From Zootoca vivipara (Eukaryota): DNA of 64,000 nt. Location: positions 38,750,001-38,814,000 of the forward strand of contig NC_083284.1 of NCBI RefSeq assembly GCF_963506605.1. Direction: 5' to 3'. Both the position numbers and the translations under genes were made by a program. The stretch's first letter is position 1, and every line of letters begins with the position of its first letter. Of this stretch, positions 1-12,970 are shown piece by piece. The notes beneath the pieces are model-generated. The model had not been told where the DNA came from, made no database searches, and saw nothing but the letters and a program-made list of their open reading frames with translations.

Positions 1-300
1 AGACTGAGAGGAGATAGGATAGCCATCTTCAAAGACCTTAAGGGCTGTCACATGGAGGAGGGAGCCTGCTTGTTTTCTCCTGCACTGGCAAGTAGGACTC
101 GAACCAAAGACTTCAAGTTGCAAGAAAGGAGATTCCAACTAAACATTGAGAAAAACTTTCTGACAGTAAGAGCTGTTCAGCAGTGGGGCAGACTCCCACG
201 AGAGGTGGTGGACTCTCCTTCCTTGAGGTTTTTAAACAGAGGTTGGATGGCCATCTGTCATGGATGCTTTAGCTGAGCTCTACAATTCTATGATTCTATG
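1..300 (+). mobile_element. CR1 LINE 3' end (degenerate ORF2 C-terminus, shortened 3' UTR, octamer tail)
   Basis: Peptide RTR...FKLQERRFQLNIEKNFLTVRAVQQWGRLPREVVDSPSL is typical of the CR1 ORF2 end; terminates in (ATTCTATG)2. Confidence 0.92.
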
Positions 301-1284
301 TTTCCAAGTGCATATAAGATTGGAGCCTGAAGGTTTCTTTGGGAAATGAATTTTGCATTTAGGGGTTGAGGAGGAGCTCCAAGCCAACAGTCTCTTCCAA
401 CAACAGAGTTACCTTCCCATATAACATACTTCTCCTCCTCCTTCTTCCGTTTCTAGGAAGAGCCAGCAGAAAAGGCTGAAGGACAGTCTTTTCTCCACTG
501 TTTCTCTTACTAATGCAAAGTTAGTTAAACACAAAACAGACGGAGACTGACTGTAAAAGCGGCAAGCAGGATTTGGCAAAAAATAATAATAAATTGAGCC
601 CCGCCCTTCGGGATTGTCCTGGTCTTGGTTGAACATTCTAAACACTAGAGGCCTGCATATCCAGAATGACTGTGTCTTTGGAACACAGTTTCTGCTTTTG
701 AGGACCAATGGATCAACTTGTAGATATTTGGTCTAGGAAGATGGAAAATATCTCCTCCCCCCCCCCACACACACACTGCAAACAAAATGTAAGGAAATGG
801 GTTTTCCACAGGGATTTACACCTAGCATGGGAGGTGATTTGTGGACAAGCACAGGAACATATAACCAGTACAAATATATTCTCAATACCAGTGAGAATAT
901 ACATGAGAAAAACCCAATGTCCATTTCTATTGGAACATAAAACACAAATGACATAATTTACGCTGCAGCACTGGCACACTCCAGGCAGAGGTCAGGACAC
1001 AACAGAAAGAGAGGGAAAACCTGTCTCCTGACAATTAGACATGGTTAGTCTCTACAAAGCACTATGTGGGACTCATAATGAAAAGGTGAAATGTAACAGT
1101 TCTTCTGTCTTGCTAGTTGTACATTTGCTTTGCTTAGCTTTTCAAAATTGCTGAAAATAAAAGATTTGTATAAGAAAAATGAATAAACTTAACTTCCATA
1201 TCCCAAAGAGTACTAATCTTCAGCTTTCAAGGGGGGAAAAACATTTCAAAGTAGAGTTTTAGAAAAGGCTGTAACAAAATTTAC

Positions 1285-1386
1285 CTTTAGAACCACTTAT
1301 TACCAGGCCGAGTTCAGCACAAATTGAAGCGCAGGTAATCTCATAGTCGTGTCCTGTCAAGATTGCTCGAGGAGTGGAAAATTCAC
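1285..1386 (-). CDS. LRBA: LRBA coding exon, WD40 repeat ([34 protein letters not shown])
   Basis: 102 nt, phase 1-1; acceptor tcttcccattgaag|GT, donor AAA G|gtaaat. Absent from the ORF track; translated by hand. Confidence 0.95.
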
Positions 1387-2361
1387 CTTCAATGGGAAGA
1401 AAGAAAGAAATTCCTTTGTCACACTTAATTATTTTATTTAATAAAATTTACACACTGCTTGATTGCAAAAAACCCCACAAAAACTTCAAAGAGGTCTACA
1501 ATGCTAGGATTCAACCCTCATATCTGCAGCTAAAAGGATAACATAGCAGATCGTGTGAAAGTCCCCAGCTTGACATGGTAAGAGGCAGCTTCCATGGGTA
1601 CAATGCATATCCTATTGAAATAATGGGGAAAACTTCAATCGACTTCAATAAACCAGAACACAAACTTGGAGTTCAAGCTATGTTTTTATTCTGCTGTATG
1701 CTGAACTAGACTTAATTTTATTTCTTACTAAGAAAAGTGCTTTTTAAAAAACAAGGAAAAAACAATACTGCAACTCAACCCTGCTACCTCTTTCAAACTA
1801 CACAATTTTAAAATAGCCACCATAAATTTTTAAAAAGCTTTTATTTTATGGAAGATTTGGCAAAGCACACTCATATCCAGGAAGTATGGCAGACAGTTCA
1901 GGAGGGGTGGTGGTGGAAATCATATTAAAAGCCTAAGAGCAGGAACCCTACTATATCTCCTTATGTTTATTAGGCAGCGCTTAGGTGACTGTGAACAGTC
2001 ACTGCACTTTTGTAAAAAAGCAGGGTCTGCTGATCTTTCCTGATCTAAAGCACAGCTAAAGCAATTTTTAAAAAAGCAATAATTTTTACTATTGACATGA
2101 ATGTGCATGGTTTAACCAAAAGGTCCTTCTTTTAACATACAATGTTACAACTGCTGTGTGAAAGGTTGACTGATATATATCTGAGATCATTTTGTGCCCT
2201 CTTGCTTCCATGGCATGGCCAGCTGTAGCAGCAAATGCTGTGTGTGATGAATATAGGACTATAAATAGTTCCTAGGAGCTGAGTTAGAGCTATTCGGAGA
2301 GCAATCTGTAGCTCATTCCTTAGGTGAGATCAGATGCTGCAAAAGAGGCATGGGATGACAT

Positions 2362-2690
2362 AAAGTTAAATGTAAAGGGACCCCTGACCATTAGGTCCAG
2401 TCCCAGATGACTCTGGGGTTGCGGCACCCATCTTGCTTTACTGGCCAAGGGAGCTGGTGTTTGTCCACAGGCAGTTTTACAGGGTCATGTGGCCAGCATG
2501 ACTAAGCCACTTCTGGCGAACCAGAGCAGCGCACAGAAATGCCATTTACCTTCCCGCTGGAAGGTATCTACTTGCACTTTGACGTGCTTTCAAACTGCTA
2601 GGTAGGCAGGAGCAGGGACCGAGCAACGGGAGCTCACCCCGCCGCGGGGATTTGAACTGCCGGCCCTAGGCACAGTGCTTTAGCCACTCA
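2362..2690 (-). mobile_element. Sauria SINE, diverged copy
   Basis: Homologous to the copies at 5376, 27331 and 54541; degenerate (ACCTTT)n tail at the left end, tRNA-like head at the right end. Confidence 0.9.
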
Positions 2691-2794
2691 CTATTATTCT
2701 CTTTCATGTGAAGAATGACAGCACACTCATCTTTCATGCAAATGTCAACTTAAGACTACTGCTCAAAGCCTCCATTTCTTAAAGTGGGTAAAGT

Positions 2795-3103
2795 AAACTC
2801 ATTGAGGGTTGCATTCCCTTCCTAGCAACCTTCCACGGGCCACAAGCCAATAGCATACAGGACCAGGGCAAAAGAAGGAGGGGGGGAATGTTTATTTGCA
2901 CATAGGCTACATTCCAATCATGGAAAAACCAGAAGTTTATATATAACCACAACCATACACATCTCTCCATCTTGGCAACCAGGACACATTCCAGCCAAGC
3001 AAAACTATTCAAGGGGGGACTTGCCTGGGGAAAGTCCTGAGAGCCAGCTAGAGAAGTCTGGAAGGTCATAGTGGGCCCCCAGACCCGAGGCTCTCCACCC
3101 TTG
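2795..3103. mobile_element. Old non-autonomous hAT-like DNA transposon remnant
   Basis: gagggttgcattccc...gggccaca and gggccc...gaggctctccacccttg resemble hAT subterminal motifs; no clear TSD. Confidence 0.35.
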
Positions 3104-5375
3104 CCATACAGGATAAGAAGGATGCACTGTAGTAAGCCCAGTTCAAAATGGCAGTAAGATTAGTATGGACCTAAGACCAACAAAGCGTTTGGCACTCCAG
3201 CAGTGCTACCACTCTCATCTAGCATAGAGTACCCAAGCACATTTTGAGTCTGCATGCCCCAGTCCTTTTCAGATTAAGGAGGGCCTGGAGTGAGTTCTCA
3301 CTGTCATTGCATTATGGGCATGAGTTACATTCAGGGTTTTCAAAGTCTTTTTAAAGGAAGAGGCAACAATAGATCCACCCAGAGAAATATACATCCTCTC
3401 CTGTTCTGAGCTTAGATTATATGAAAAGTGTGGCAGTTGGATGGACTTAAAGAGTTTGGACATTAAATGATGTTGCAATGCCAAGGATTCAAATGTAAAA
3501 TTTTCAAAAGAAATAAATTAAACATAGGTTGAAAAATATAACATCAGACACAATCCCAAAGGTCGTATATGTTACTAAGTGTCTGGACTCAAGCCAATTT
3601 CCACATGTATTTCCCTTGTGACTGCATAATTCATTTTTGCACATCAAATGTTATTTGAGTTGTTACCAGTTTAGCAATTTTATATTTCAAATATATATAA
3701 TTAATTCAGATGCACAAGAAATTAACTAAATATTTTTTAATAAGATGAACTGTATTTATAATTTTAACACAGGCTGCCTACATTGATTTAGCAATGGTAT
3801 GTTTAAAAGGCTATTGAAAGTTTGTCTAACCTTCATTCTCAGCACCAATGTAGCCTTATGGAACAGGAGTCCTTTGAAAAGTCAGACTGATTTCTTTGAT
3901 AAAAATGTTAAGCATTTAGGGTTCTTCATGCTTCTGGTTTTCCAAATAATGGTGTCAACTCAGAAGCTGATTGTAGAGCAGAAGAGATTTCTTTTAAAAG
4001 CTTTTAAATTCTCAGTACCTCAGAAGATTGTCATGGTTTTCAGCAAAGAAAAGGGGGGGGAAATAACTTTGCTTCTGGTTTAAGGGGCACCACTTCAAAC
4101 TTTTCAGAACTGCTTTTGGGGGAACTGGCTTCTATGTCTTCTTTGAAATCCCAGGGAAGTGACTTCAAAGAAAGGCAAAGCTTTGTCCCTTAAGCAGGTT
4201 TACGACCACTGATCCAAGCTTTAATGAAGGCCTGAAAAGAATGTTGAGTACATCTTTATGGAGATCCTTAAAGCAAGATGAGCAAGTCAAATGAAATTAA
4301 AGAAAGTCCAAATCCTGTTCTAATATCCAAAACTGTTTTGCAGATTTATTTCGGGCAACACTATATTTATCACTGCCTCAAGCTCATTGTTAAAGCTTTA
4401 CTTAAAACTTGAACTTGGTATTTAACACAGCAGTCACAAAAACAAAGAGGGTAACTTCTAAATCATACATACAAAACAGAGAAATTACGTTACTTCAAGA
4501 GTTACAAAACACACAGAAAAATGAAATCCGTTCTGTAGAACCCTTTTCCTTCCTACTAACTGCTGGCATAAGCTATACAGTAACTCTTACAGAATTAAAA
4601 CAAAGAATTCATAACCTCAGAGCATAAAAGGAGATTAGTTCTGTATGGCTAGTAATAATTGTACTAGAAAAAAATGGAAATTACTTAAATTTTCTTGAGA
4701 GTTTGTTTGTTCCTTGCTTACTTATGAACTGTATCTGCTGTTTCACTCTGTTAGGCTTAAATTTCATAGAGAAAAAGTGAAAGAAATCTGGAGAGGCAAC
4801 TGAATGTGAATACTGGTCCATACATCTTAAAATCAATCCAGCAGACTCTTTATGAATGTTGACTTCCAACCTACATTTAATCTACAAACCACTACTAATA
4901 CTACTTTTTTTTTACTTTAAAAGGTAGCTTTTAAACCAAGCATAAATATCTGATTTTTCTACAACTGTAGAGCTCCTCCAGCACTTCAATATTACAAAAG
5001 CAATTTATTTATGTTTACGTCTCAGCATAAAAATATAATTAAATAAAACAACCCTACTCTATTTTTATTGACTCTTGCTATAAACGTATCTTAAAAGGTT
5101 AGGTTGAATAAACAAAATCTACTGTTCAGTTTAACTCCCTTGAAAATATTTTAAAGCAGAACTGTGAGTGTCTAATGAGATTTGAGTTGGGTTTTTTTTT
5201 TTACAATCAAGGGGTGTATAAATTTCATAAATAAATAGGTGAATATTTAAATACGAGCTAAAACCTTCCCGATATTGGCACGTGTAGAAGAACCCCCACC
5301 AGAGGCCAAGTGGCACATAATAAGCATGCATGCAGAAAGCATGTCAGGTTCATACAGGGAATGTGTTGTCTGTAA

Positions 5376-5714
5376 AAAGTAAAGGTAAAGGCACCCCTGA
5401 CCATTAGGTCCAGTCGTGACCGACTCTGGGGTTGTGGCGCTCATCTCGCGTTATTGGCCGAGGGAGCCGGCGTACAGCTTCCAGGTCATGTGGCCAGCAT
5501 GACTAAGCCGCTTCTGGCGAACCAGAGCAGCGCACGGAAACGCCGTTTACCTTCCTGCCGGAGCGGTACCTATTTATCTACTTGCACTTTGACATGCTTT
5601 TGAACTGCTAGGTTGGCAGGAGCTGGGAGTGAGCAACGGGAGCTCACCCTGTCGCGGGGATTTGAACCGCCAACCTTCTGATCGGCAAGATCTGGGCTCT
5701 GTGGTTTAACCCAC
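5376..5714 (-). mobile_element. Sauria SINE, young near full-length copy
   Basis: AAAGGT tail repeats on plus, retained CpGs, B-box-like GGTTCAAATCCC on minus; the extreme 5' end is replaced by (CA)n. Confidence 0.93.
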
Positions 5715-8136
5715 ACACACATCTTATATCCCTGTCCAATCCTTCCCTTCAGGCTGTGTATATTCCAAAGTGTTAATGTGCACATGGGATTGCACAGAGC
5801 CATTTCCCCCCCTGTGTGCGTTTTTGTGCATATTCGTCTGCATGTGAGCACTCTCAATGCTTCCCATTCACACTAGTGGATGGCGCTTGATGGGCTGTAT
5901 TTGCACTGCGCGGTGCATAATTTGTACTTCTCCACCTGCCCTGAATTCCAAAAACCTTAAGCCCATTGGTTCACCTGAGCGCACAACTCTTGCTAATTTT
6001 TTTTTAGATACAAGTTTTCCTATGTACCAGACTTGCACAAAATTGCATGTTAAAGAGAAGGAGCGTACATTGTGCTCGGCCCCAGTAGCAGCCCACCCAG
6101 GTATCCCTCAACAACAGAAATAGGGTATGCGGTGAGAGATGGCACCTAGGAAAATATCACAACACCACACTTCTTTTTTAAAGCACCCCACCCACACAAT
6201 GTGCTTCTGTCGACAACTGGGTAACATTCAATTTTATGTTGGACACCCCTTCCCCCCCCCCCCCCAAAAAAAACCCCACCACATTATCTGCAGGAAATTC
6301 CAATTAAATGGAAGGAAAGTGCAGGCTGCCATTTGGATGAGGACAACATTGTGCATATGATATGACATGGAAAAACATGCACATGTAGGATGCAATGAAT
6401 CCAGTTTAAATGGCCCTGTGTACACATCCACAGCCAAAGAACACACACCCTATTATATTTTATGGGGGTCACCACTCTCTTCATATTGTGTCCTAAATGT
6501 TCATAAAGAGTTGACTTTTAAAAATTTGATCTAGGAACCGAAAACCTGTGTACTAAGAACTTCTAAACATAGAAATATGAAATATGATCATATATAGCTG
6601 GTTCAGGAACACTGAGATTGGTAACAGACTGCTATTATAACTCACAACCTGCATAAATAAAATTATAAATAATTCCAGATACACTTATTAGCCGGGTTGT
6701 TGTTTTTTAAAGAAAGCTGATTCAAAGTTATTTTTTAAAAAGCAAAGGAAACGGGAATGAATGAATTCAAAGGGGGGAAATATAGTATACCACCACAAAT
6801 GGTGCATCAGTATTTTAAAACATACAGATATTAAAGTATTGATGCAATCTTTATGAGGCAGGAGCTCTTCCTTTCAAACAGGTGGTTTTAACATTCGAAA
6901 TCAGAAATAAAAGTCTATGAAAACAAACGAGGAATAGGTACTAGCTAATACAAAGCTATAACTGAAGCAAACTTGATTTTTTTCTGAGGACTTTTATAGT
7001 TCTGTGGCTGAATAAGGAGTTCTCAAACTTGCATACTTTAGACTCACAATATGATTTAAAAGTGGTCAAATCAACATGGGCAATATTAGCATTTACATTC
7101 AGTGGAACACACAAAATGTCCTATTTCGGATTTATACAGAGCAACCTCTTAAATTAAGAAATTAATTGAGGATGTTATTCTGAAGTTTCACGCTTTGGCC
7201 CACTGGAAGAACAGCACTGACAAAAGATAATTAGACAATCAAAATAGATCTGTGGAGAGTACATCTATGTTGATTAGGAGAGGGAAACTAGCTTGAATAG
7301 AAGATCTAATAAGGTGAATAAATGTTGTATGTTAAGCTTATGTGCTACACATATGGAACACATTATATTTTTATTCATTTACCATATGAATATTACTCCT
7401 TTTACAACATCCAACATCAAGCCTATAAGCAGTAAACAGAGCCTTGTTTTGCCTGAAATATGAAGGGCTGCATTCCATCAGGGAGCACTAAACCACCCTG
7501 ATCCTTCTGGATAAGTTCATGTGTATCATTTTGGTGACACCTGAGCTTCAACACAACAACACTGAAAACCTGGTCTCCCTCTAATTTAAACCACAGCTAG
7601 TGTGCTGGCAATCTACTAAGCAAACCACCATTGTAAGCATTTGTGACGGAGGTGGAAGAGGGTGTGTGATAAAGGTCAACGCACACTTCCTCACTCACTT
7701 CACATTCCAGGCGAACACTTTTAACAAATATTTGTACACAATTCTGAAACACGACTACAAATATACTAAAAACAACTGAATCAATATATTTTTTGGGGGG
7801 GGGGATAAGAGGAGCTTTCCACTGTGAACAAGCATGTGATTGGGACATGACATGATTCCTATACACAAAGGTGGGAACAACTCTTCCTCAAGGATTCCTC
7901 CTTGTGCAATGGGACTCCCCACCCCCCATGCTCCATCTAGATTTCTTCAAGGAGACCCCCCCCAACTCTCTTGAGCATATTTGGGGAGAGTGTGGGGTAT
8001 GCAAAGGCGGGGGGATAAAGTCCCATTGCATAAGTTGAAATCCTTGTGTTCATTGGCTACCGCCTCTATTAACTATCCAATAGAGAAATATGTCATTGTA
8101 AGCAAACAAATGGTCACTTCTAATCACATTTCTGAT

Positions 8137-8287
8137 CTGGGCCATCTTAAGCGCCCGGGCGCCGTGGTGCGCAGATCGTTCCGGTGCCCCCGCTCCGCCC
8201 TGTTTCTTGCCGCGGCTGGTGGGCGGGCGCAGCGCGGCGCCCCCCTGGCGCCCTGCGCCACCCAGCCCACCCCTAGAGCCGGCCCTG
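8137..8287. mobile_element. GC-rich 151-bp hAT-type MITE
   Basis: Perfect 8-bp TSD TTTCTGAT (8129-8136, 8288-8295); imperfect TIRs CTGGGCCATCTTAAG and CTAGAGCCGGCCCTG. Confidence 0.85.
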
Positions 8288-9073
8288 TTTCTGATATGAA
8301 ACACGAACCAGAAAAGCCAATAAAACAAATAAATTCAGAAACTAGGAATCCTTCTATTTCCTCGAATGATTCTGCAGTACACACGATATGATTCAGCATT
8401 TCTGCCTCCATTCTTCCCCACCTTCTCCATTCACATATTTTCCAAACTATAAGTAGTTATAATCCCTACTTGGACAAGAGAACAATTCTCTATTAGAACA
8501 CACCCTCTATTTGAAGGACTATCTGGTCCAAATGTAGCAGCTAATGAAGAGTGAGGATGGGGAAATACTCTATGTTCCTTTTACAAGAACTTACTTGCAG
8601 AACATCTGAGAGGAGATGCAATTAGTGGCATTACATTCCTTGTAATGTCCAGTTGACCCTCACTGCTGAAAACTGGGAAAGAGATGCTTAGTGAACCATA
8701 TGCATTGATGATTCAAAGTTGTATATTGGACATAGTAAATGTGTGAAAAGGTAGGAAAATGTAACACAGTCTCAGAAGACGTTCAGGTATGGAAAGTACT
8801 ATGGCTGAAAAGTACATATATGCACCTCGGTATTGTGGTCGGAAATTTAAACAAAACAAAAAAGGAAGCCACACACCTAAGTGCCTGCTACATGACTATT
8901 CATCAGAATAACTATAAATAAATCTGGCTGCATTCGTTCATCACTGTTGCGTGATATTTATTTCATAAAATTTATACACTGATTAATTGTATTAAAAAAA
9001 CCACCTTCAAAGCAATTTGAAAAAAAGATGACAACATCATGAAAAATTCACAACCATACATGTTAACTGAATA

Positions 9074-9322
9074 CAGATGTACTTCGGAAGTCGAACAGAA
9101 TCCGTTCCAGAAATCCATTCGACTTCCGAAAAGTTCGGAAACCAAGGTGCAGGTTCCGATTGGTTCCTGATTGCGCAGGCGCGCCGGAAACAATAGTGGA
9201 AGCTGTGCTAGACATTTGGCTTCCAAAAAAAGTTCAAAACCCGGAACACTCACTTCCGGTTTTGATCGTTTGGGAGCCGGAACGTTCGACTCCTAAAGTG
9301 TTCAGGAGCCGAGGTACGACTG
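9074..9322. mobile_element. Tc1/mariner-superfamily (Tigger/pogo-like) MITE
   Basis: TA on both sides; ends CAGATGTACTTCGG and CCGAGGTACGACTG; internal GTTCGA/TTCCG repeats. Confidence 0.8.
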
Positions 9323-9991
9323 TATAGACTTTTCAACATGGATGCTGTTGATGGCAAGTGAGTAATCAGCATGGCTCTGCTGATTGACAACGCTTTGACA
9401 AAATATTATAAACAACCATGAAGAATGATTGAGATATGTGATTGTTCTGGAGTACAAGACCTTGATTTCTCAACACTGAAAGTAACCTTTCTACCACTGA
9501 CTTTGCTATGACATGGATTGTTTTATGGAATTTCACATCACTACCAGTAGATGTCACTCTAGGATGCTTGATTATAGAGAGCAAAAACTTTTTAAAAGAC
9601 AGGAATGGAAGATTTAAACAAAGGATACTTCCTAAAGGCTGCAACAGTGCTAAAGTTTGACACAGCTTTCATGTACAGTAATTTATTTTAAAGGAACCCT
9701 TTCTTGTCCAGAATACCATTATGTGTTGAAGCTGCTCATACTGAAGAAATATAAACGGCTAACACATATGTAAGCTGGTATCATATTGAATGTTCAAAGT
9801 TTAAGACAAACCATTATATGCAACAGTGTAATTTAGCAACCCCATGAAAGCTTCCTCTACAAATATTATCTATTCTGCTTTTAGGTATCTTGCTAATCCT
9901 TTTAATTCATTTTAATCTAAATGCCATTACATCTTGATTTATTGACATCGACATCTATGTAAATTAGTTCCCACCGGTGATCACTTGTAAT

Positions 9992-9996
<5 letters not shown>

Positions 9997-10062
<66 letters not shown>
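9997..10062. repeat. Compound microsatellite (GT)20(GA)13
   Basis: Direct reading. Confidence 0.97.
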
Positions 10063-10129
10063 AATTTAATTTTTATTGATCCATCAGACCTCGAAACCTT
10101 TTCTCAAAGAGATTCTGATATCAATGCAT

Positions 10130-10510
10130 CCTTATGGGAGGGAGTGTTGCTTGTTATCTTGGAAGAAACAGTGTATTGTGTGGGTCTGCCCTTGAGGGTG
10201 ACTCAGAAACAGAAAATGTTGCATCTCAACTGCTCAGCGGGAAAGAATATTGCCATCATATTAAAGAACTTAACTGGCTGTCAATTAACTACCAGGCGAA
10301 GTTCAAGGAGCTTATATGAGCAACCAGTCGCTCTGCTTTGCAAAAGATACATCATAAGAAGAAGTTCATTCCACACGACGTCGGGATTGGGCCTAGTGTG
10401 GCAGCACCCTATCCTTCGGGACTCCCTCCTGTTACATATCAGATGGGCACCATTTTGTCTTTTTGGCGACTGCTAAATACTTCCCCGTTGCAAAAAACAT
10501 TCTAACCAAA
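10130..10510 (+). mobile_element. Old L2-clade LINE 3' fragment
   Basis: Degenerate similarity to the L2 ORF2 end (GLPL, LKEL.WL, gtgtggcagcacc...actccctcc); many disablements. Confidence 0.55.
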
Positions 10511-10584
10511 GATTTTTGTCCCAGTCAGCAACCGTATTGAAATTGTAGAATGATAGTAATAATAATAGTTCTCTTGCATACCCC

Positions 10585-10585
<1 letters not shown>

Positions 10586-10665
<80 letters not shown>
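10586..10665. repeat. Compound microsatellite (TC)24(AC)16
   Basis: Direct reading. Confidence 0.97.
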
Positions 10666-10671
<6 letters not shown>

Positions 10672-11214
10672 GCAAACATATTTTCTTATCTTCCTTCCTT
10701 TGCCCATTCCTTTGGAGGTAATGGTCTAGGTTACAGATAAAATATGAAATGTATATACATTTAGATTATTTTACCTGCCCAAAAGACTGTTCAGTTAAAA
10801 TTTCTTTGGTCTAAGTGATTTGAATCAATTTATTTCTTTTGCCTGTATGGCTGGCTAGTATGACAGCTCTTCCTAGATGTGAAGATATTGTTCATTCCAT
10901 TCATTTCATTCATTCATTTATTCATTCATTCATTTACTATTTGCATTTGTTTCTCACAAAAAAGTCTCAGAGTGACTTAACCTACAGGCCTCCACAGAAC
11001 CAGAATTATTTGCAGGGATAAACAGTATGACCTGCAGTAACCGCACTCAAGAAATGTTGAAAACAGTACATTACCTGTGATCTAGGGGGCTGCCCCAAAC
11101 AAGAAATGTGCCCCAGTTCAGCAATTCAGATATAACATTACTGAAATATCATATGCAACAAGTCTGCCATGTACAAAAGAAGAAGAAGTAAGCAACAACA
11201 AAGGCCTTCCTTAC

Positions 11215-11382
11215 CACTTGGGCTATCACCAATGCAATTGGTTTTGCCATTCCAGTACCACAGTAGCAACGTTGCATCACGAGACCCTGAGAGAATGTAA
11301 CAGTTTCCTCCAATGTAGGATTCGGAGCGAGAAAGACAGGTGACAACATCCCAGTGTCCAAACACTACTTGCATCAGTTTCC
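11215..11382 (-). CDS. LRBA: LRBA coding exon, WD40 repeat (GKLMQVVFGHWDVVTCLSRSESYIGGNCYILSGSRDATLLLWYWNGKTNCIGDSPS)
   Basis: 168 nt, phase 1-1; acceptor tattccag|GG, donor AGT G|gtaagg; GH...SGSRD.T...W WD40 pattern. Confidence 0.97.
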
Positions 11383-11941
11383 CTGGAATATACAAAACAC
11401 ATTTTTTTCCAGCCAATAGCCAATATATAAATATAGATATATAACTGTGCACTTCGAATAAGGTATATAAAGATGCGAAGCTTCCTTGTACTGAATGAGA
11501 TCACATATCTGTCTGTCTATCTATCTATTTATCTCATAAATGTCCATTCAAAAAGACAGCGGCTCTCTGGCCCCAAGATCTACCAACTAGGTCCAGGTGA
11601 AAAAGACATCATTTTAGAATGAAAGAATTTTGAGGACACCCAGAATATGCACACACAGAGCTATAAAGCCACATTATAACTTCAATAACTTTTACCTGAG
11701 CTTGTTTTTTTTCCTTTTCTTCCTTTCCATCCCCTTTATTTCATGTGGTATGACTTTGATTGTATGCCTAAGGGGCAGGGGCTCTTTTACTATGTTTTTT
11801 GTAAGCCACTCTGGGATCCTTTTTGGCTATAGTGTGAGGTATGAATGCCACTGTGTTGGGACTCAGAAATTATTCCCAATAATTATTCCCAAGCTCTGCA
11901 ACCTGGTACCTTCTGAATAAAAAAAGACTTATCTTATAGTC

Positions 11942-12212
11942 CAGATGTGGGGAACCTGTGGCGCCAGACTTCCATCTTCCCTAACCACTGGCCATGCAAG
12001 CTGGGGTTGAAAGATGTTGAGAGTCAAACAACATCTAGACACAGGCATCCCCAACCTTCAGACCTCCAGATGTTTTGGACTATAATTCCCACCATCCCTG
12101 GCCACTGGTCCTGTTAGCTAGGGATTATGGGAGTTGTAGGCCAAAACATCTGGAGGGCTGCAGGTTGGGGATGCCTGAATCATTCTAGAAAGTCACACAT
12201 TCCCAATCTCTG
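11942..12212. mobile_element. Old palindromic hAT-type MITE interrupted by a younger related MITE
   Basis: Ends CAGATGTGGGGAAC and CATTCCCAATCTCTG; similar to the element at 13317-13445. Confidence 0.6.
12042..12177. mobile_element. 136-bp palindromic hAT (Charlie-like) MITE
   Basis: TIRs CAGGCATCCCCAACCT and AGGTTGGGGATGCCTG; same family and length as the copies at 22668 and 63439. Confidence 0.9.
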
Positions 12213-12673
12213 TTGTAGCCTCTTTTTACTCTACTCAGACATTTTAACTTTTAGTTTGTTTGTTTTAAGCAGTTAAAAGTCGTGGAAATGCTAAAATTGT
12301 CCCCAGATTTCTTTTTCTCATGCCAGCCAACAGAACAATAGCACTCAAATAGAGGTATTGTTTTAATTTTCCTAGATTTTTTTTATAAAAAATATCCATT
12401 TAGTACTAGCAGTTTATATATAAATATGTTCCAGTTTGCATTAGTATGAATTTGATACAATGTATGTAAGTAGAAAGCATCTATGCATGTTATTATGAAG
12501 AACCAAACATATTTAAAGGGCTCTGGGATAGGAGTGGAACTCTGTACACACAGAAACACATTGAATTATCCAGCAAGTTTCTAGGCAGCATAGAGCAGAC
12601 TAACTGCAATATATAAAATCATAATAATTCTCCTTCCAAAAGGCTTTTTGAGGTGTTCACGCATTATTTTTAT

Positions 12674-12687
12674 ATTATTATTATTAC

Positions 12688-12722
<35 letters not shown>

Positions 12723-12752
12723 CATTATTATCATTATTATCATTATTATTAT
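12674..12752. repeat. (ATT)n/(ATC) microsatellite
   Basis: Direct reading. Confidence 0.9.
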
Positions 12753-12895
12753 GGAAGTCTCTTCAAGAATGCTTGCAATGTGATAGAGTTGTAGCCAAAA
12801 GCTTTTCTTGCCTCCCTAGATCAGGACCATGAAACATATTGTTGATCCATCATTTATTCACCCTTTCCAGTGAATTCAAAATACCCATTCTATTT

Positions 12896-12970
12896 TTGAA
12901 CTCTAGCACATGAAAAAGCTTATGCTTCAATAAATCTGTATTTAAGGCACCACAAGACTCATTTGTTTTA
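12896..12970 (+). mobile_element. Degraded Penelope-like element 3' fragment
   Basis: gaaaaagcttatgc...aataaatctg...taaggcaccacaagactc resembles the fragments at 59068 and 61028. Confidence 0.5.

Noticed and set aside
7981-8411. Three overlapping GC-rich ORFs suggesting a small gene or promoter
   Set aside because: Explained by the stop-poor GC-rich MITE with an 8-bp TSD.
12896-12930. Third hammerhead ribozyme
   Set aside because: CUGANGA core and helix II are not intact; only a degraded Penelope-like relic.
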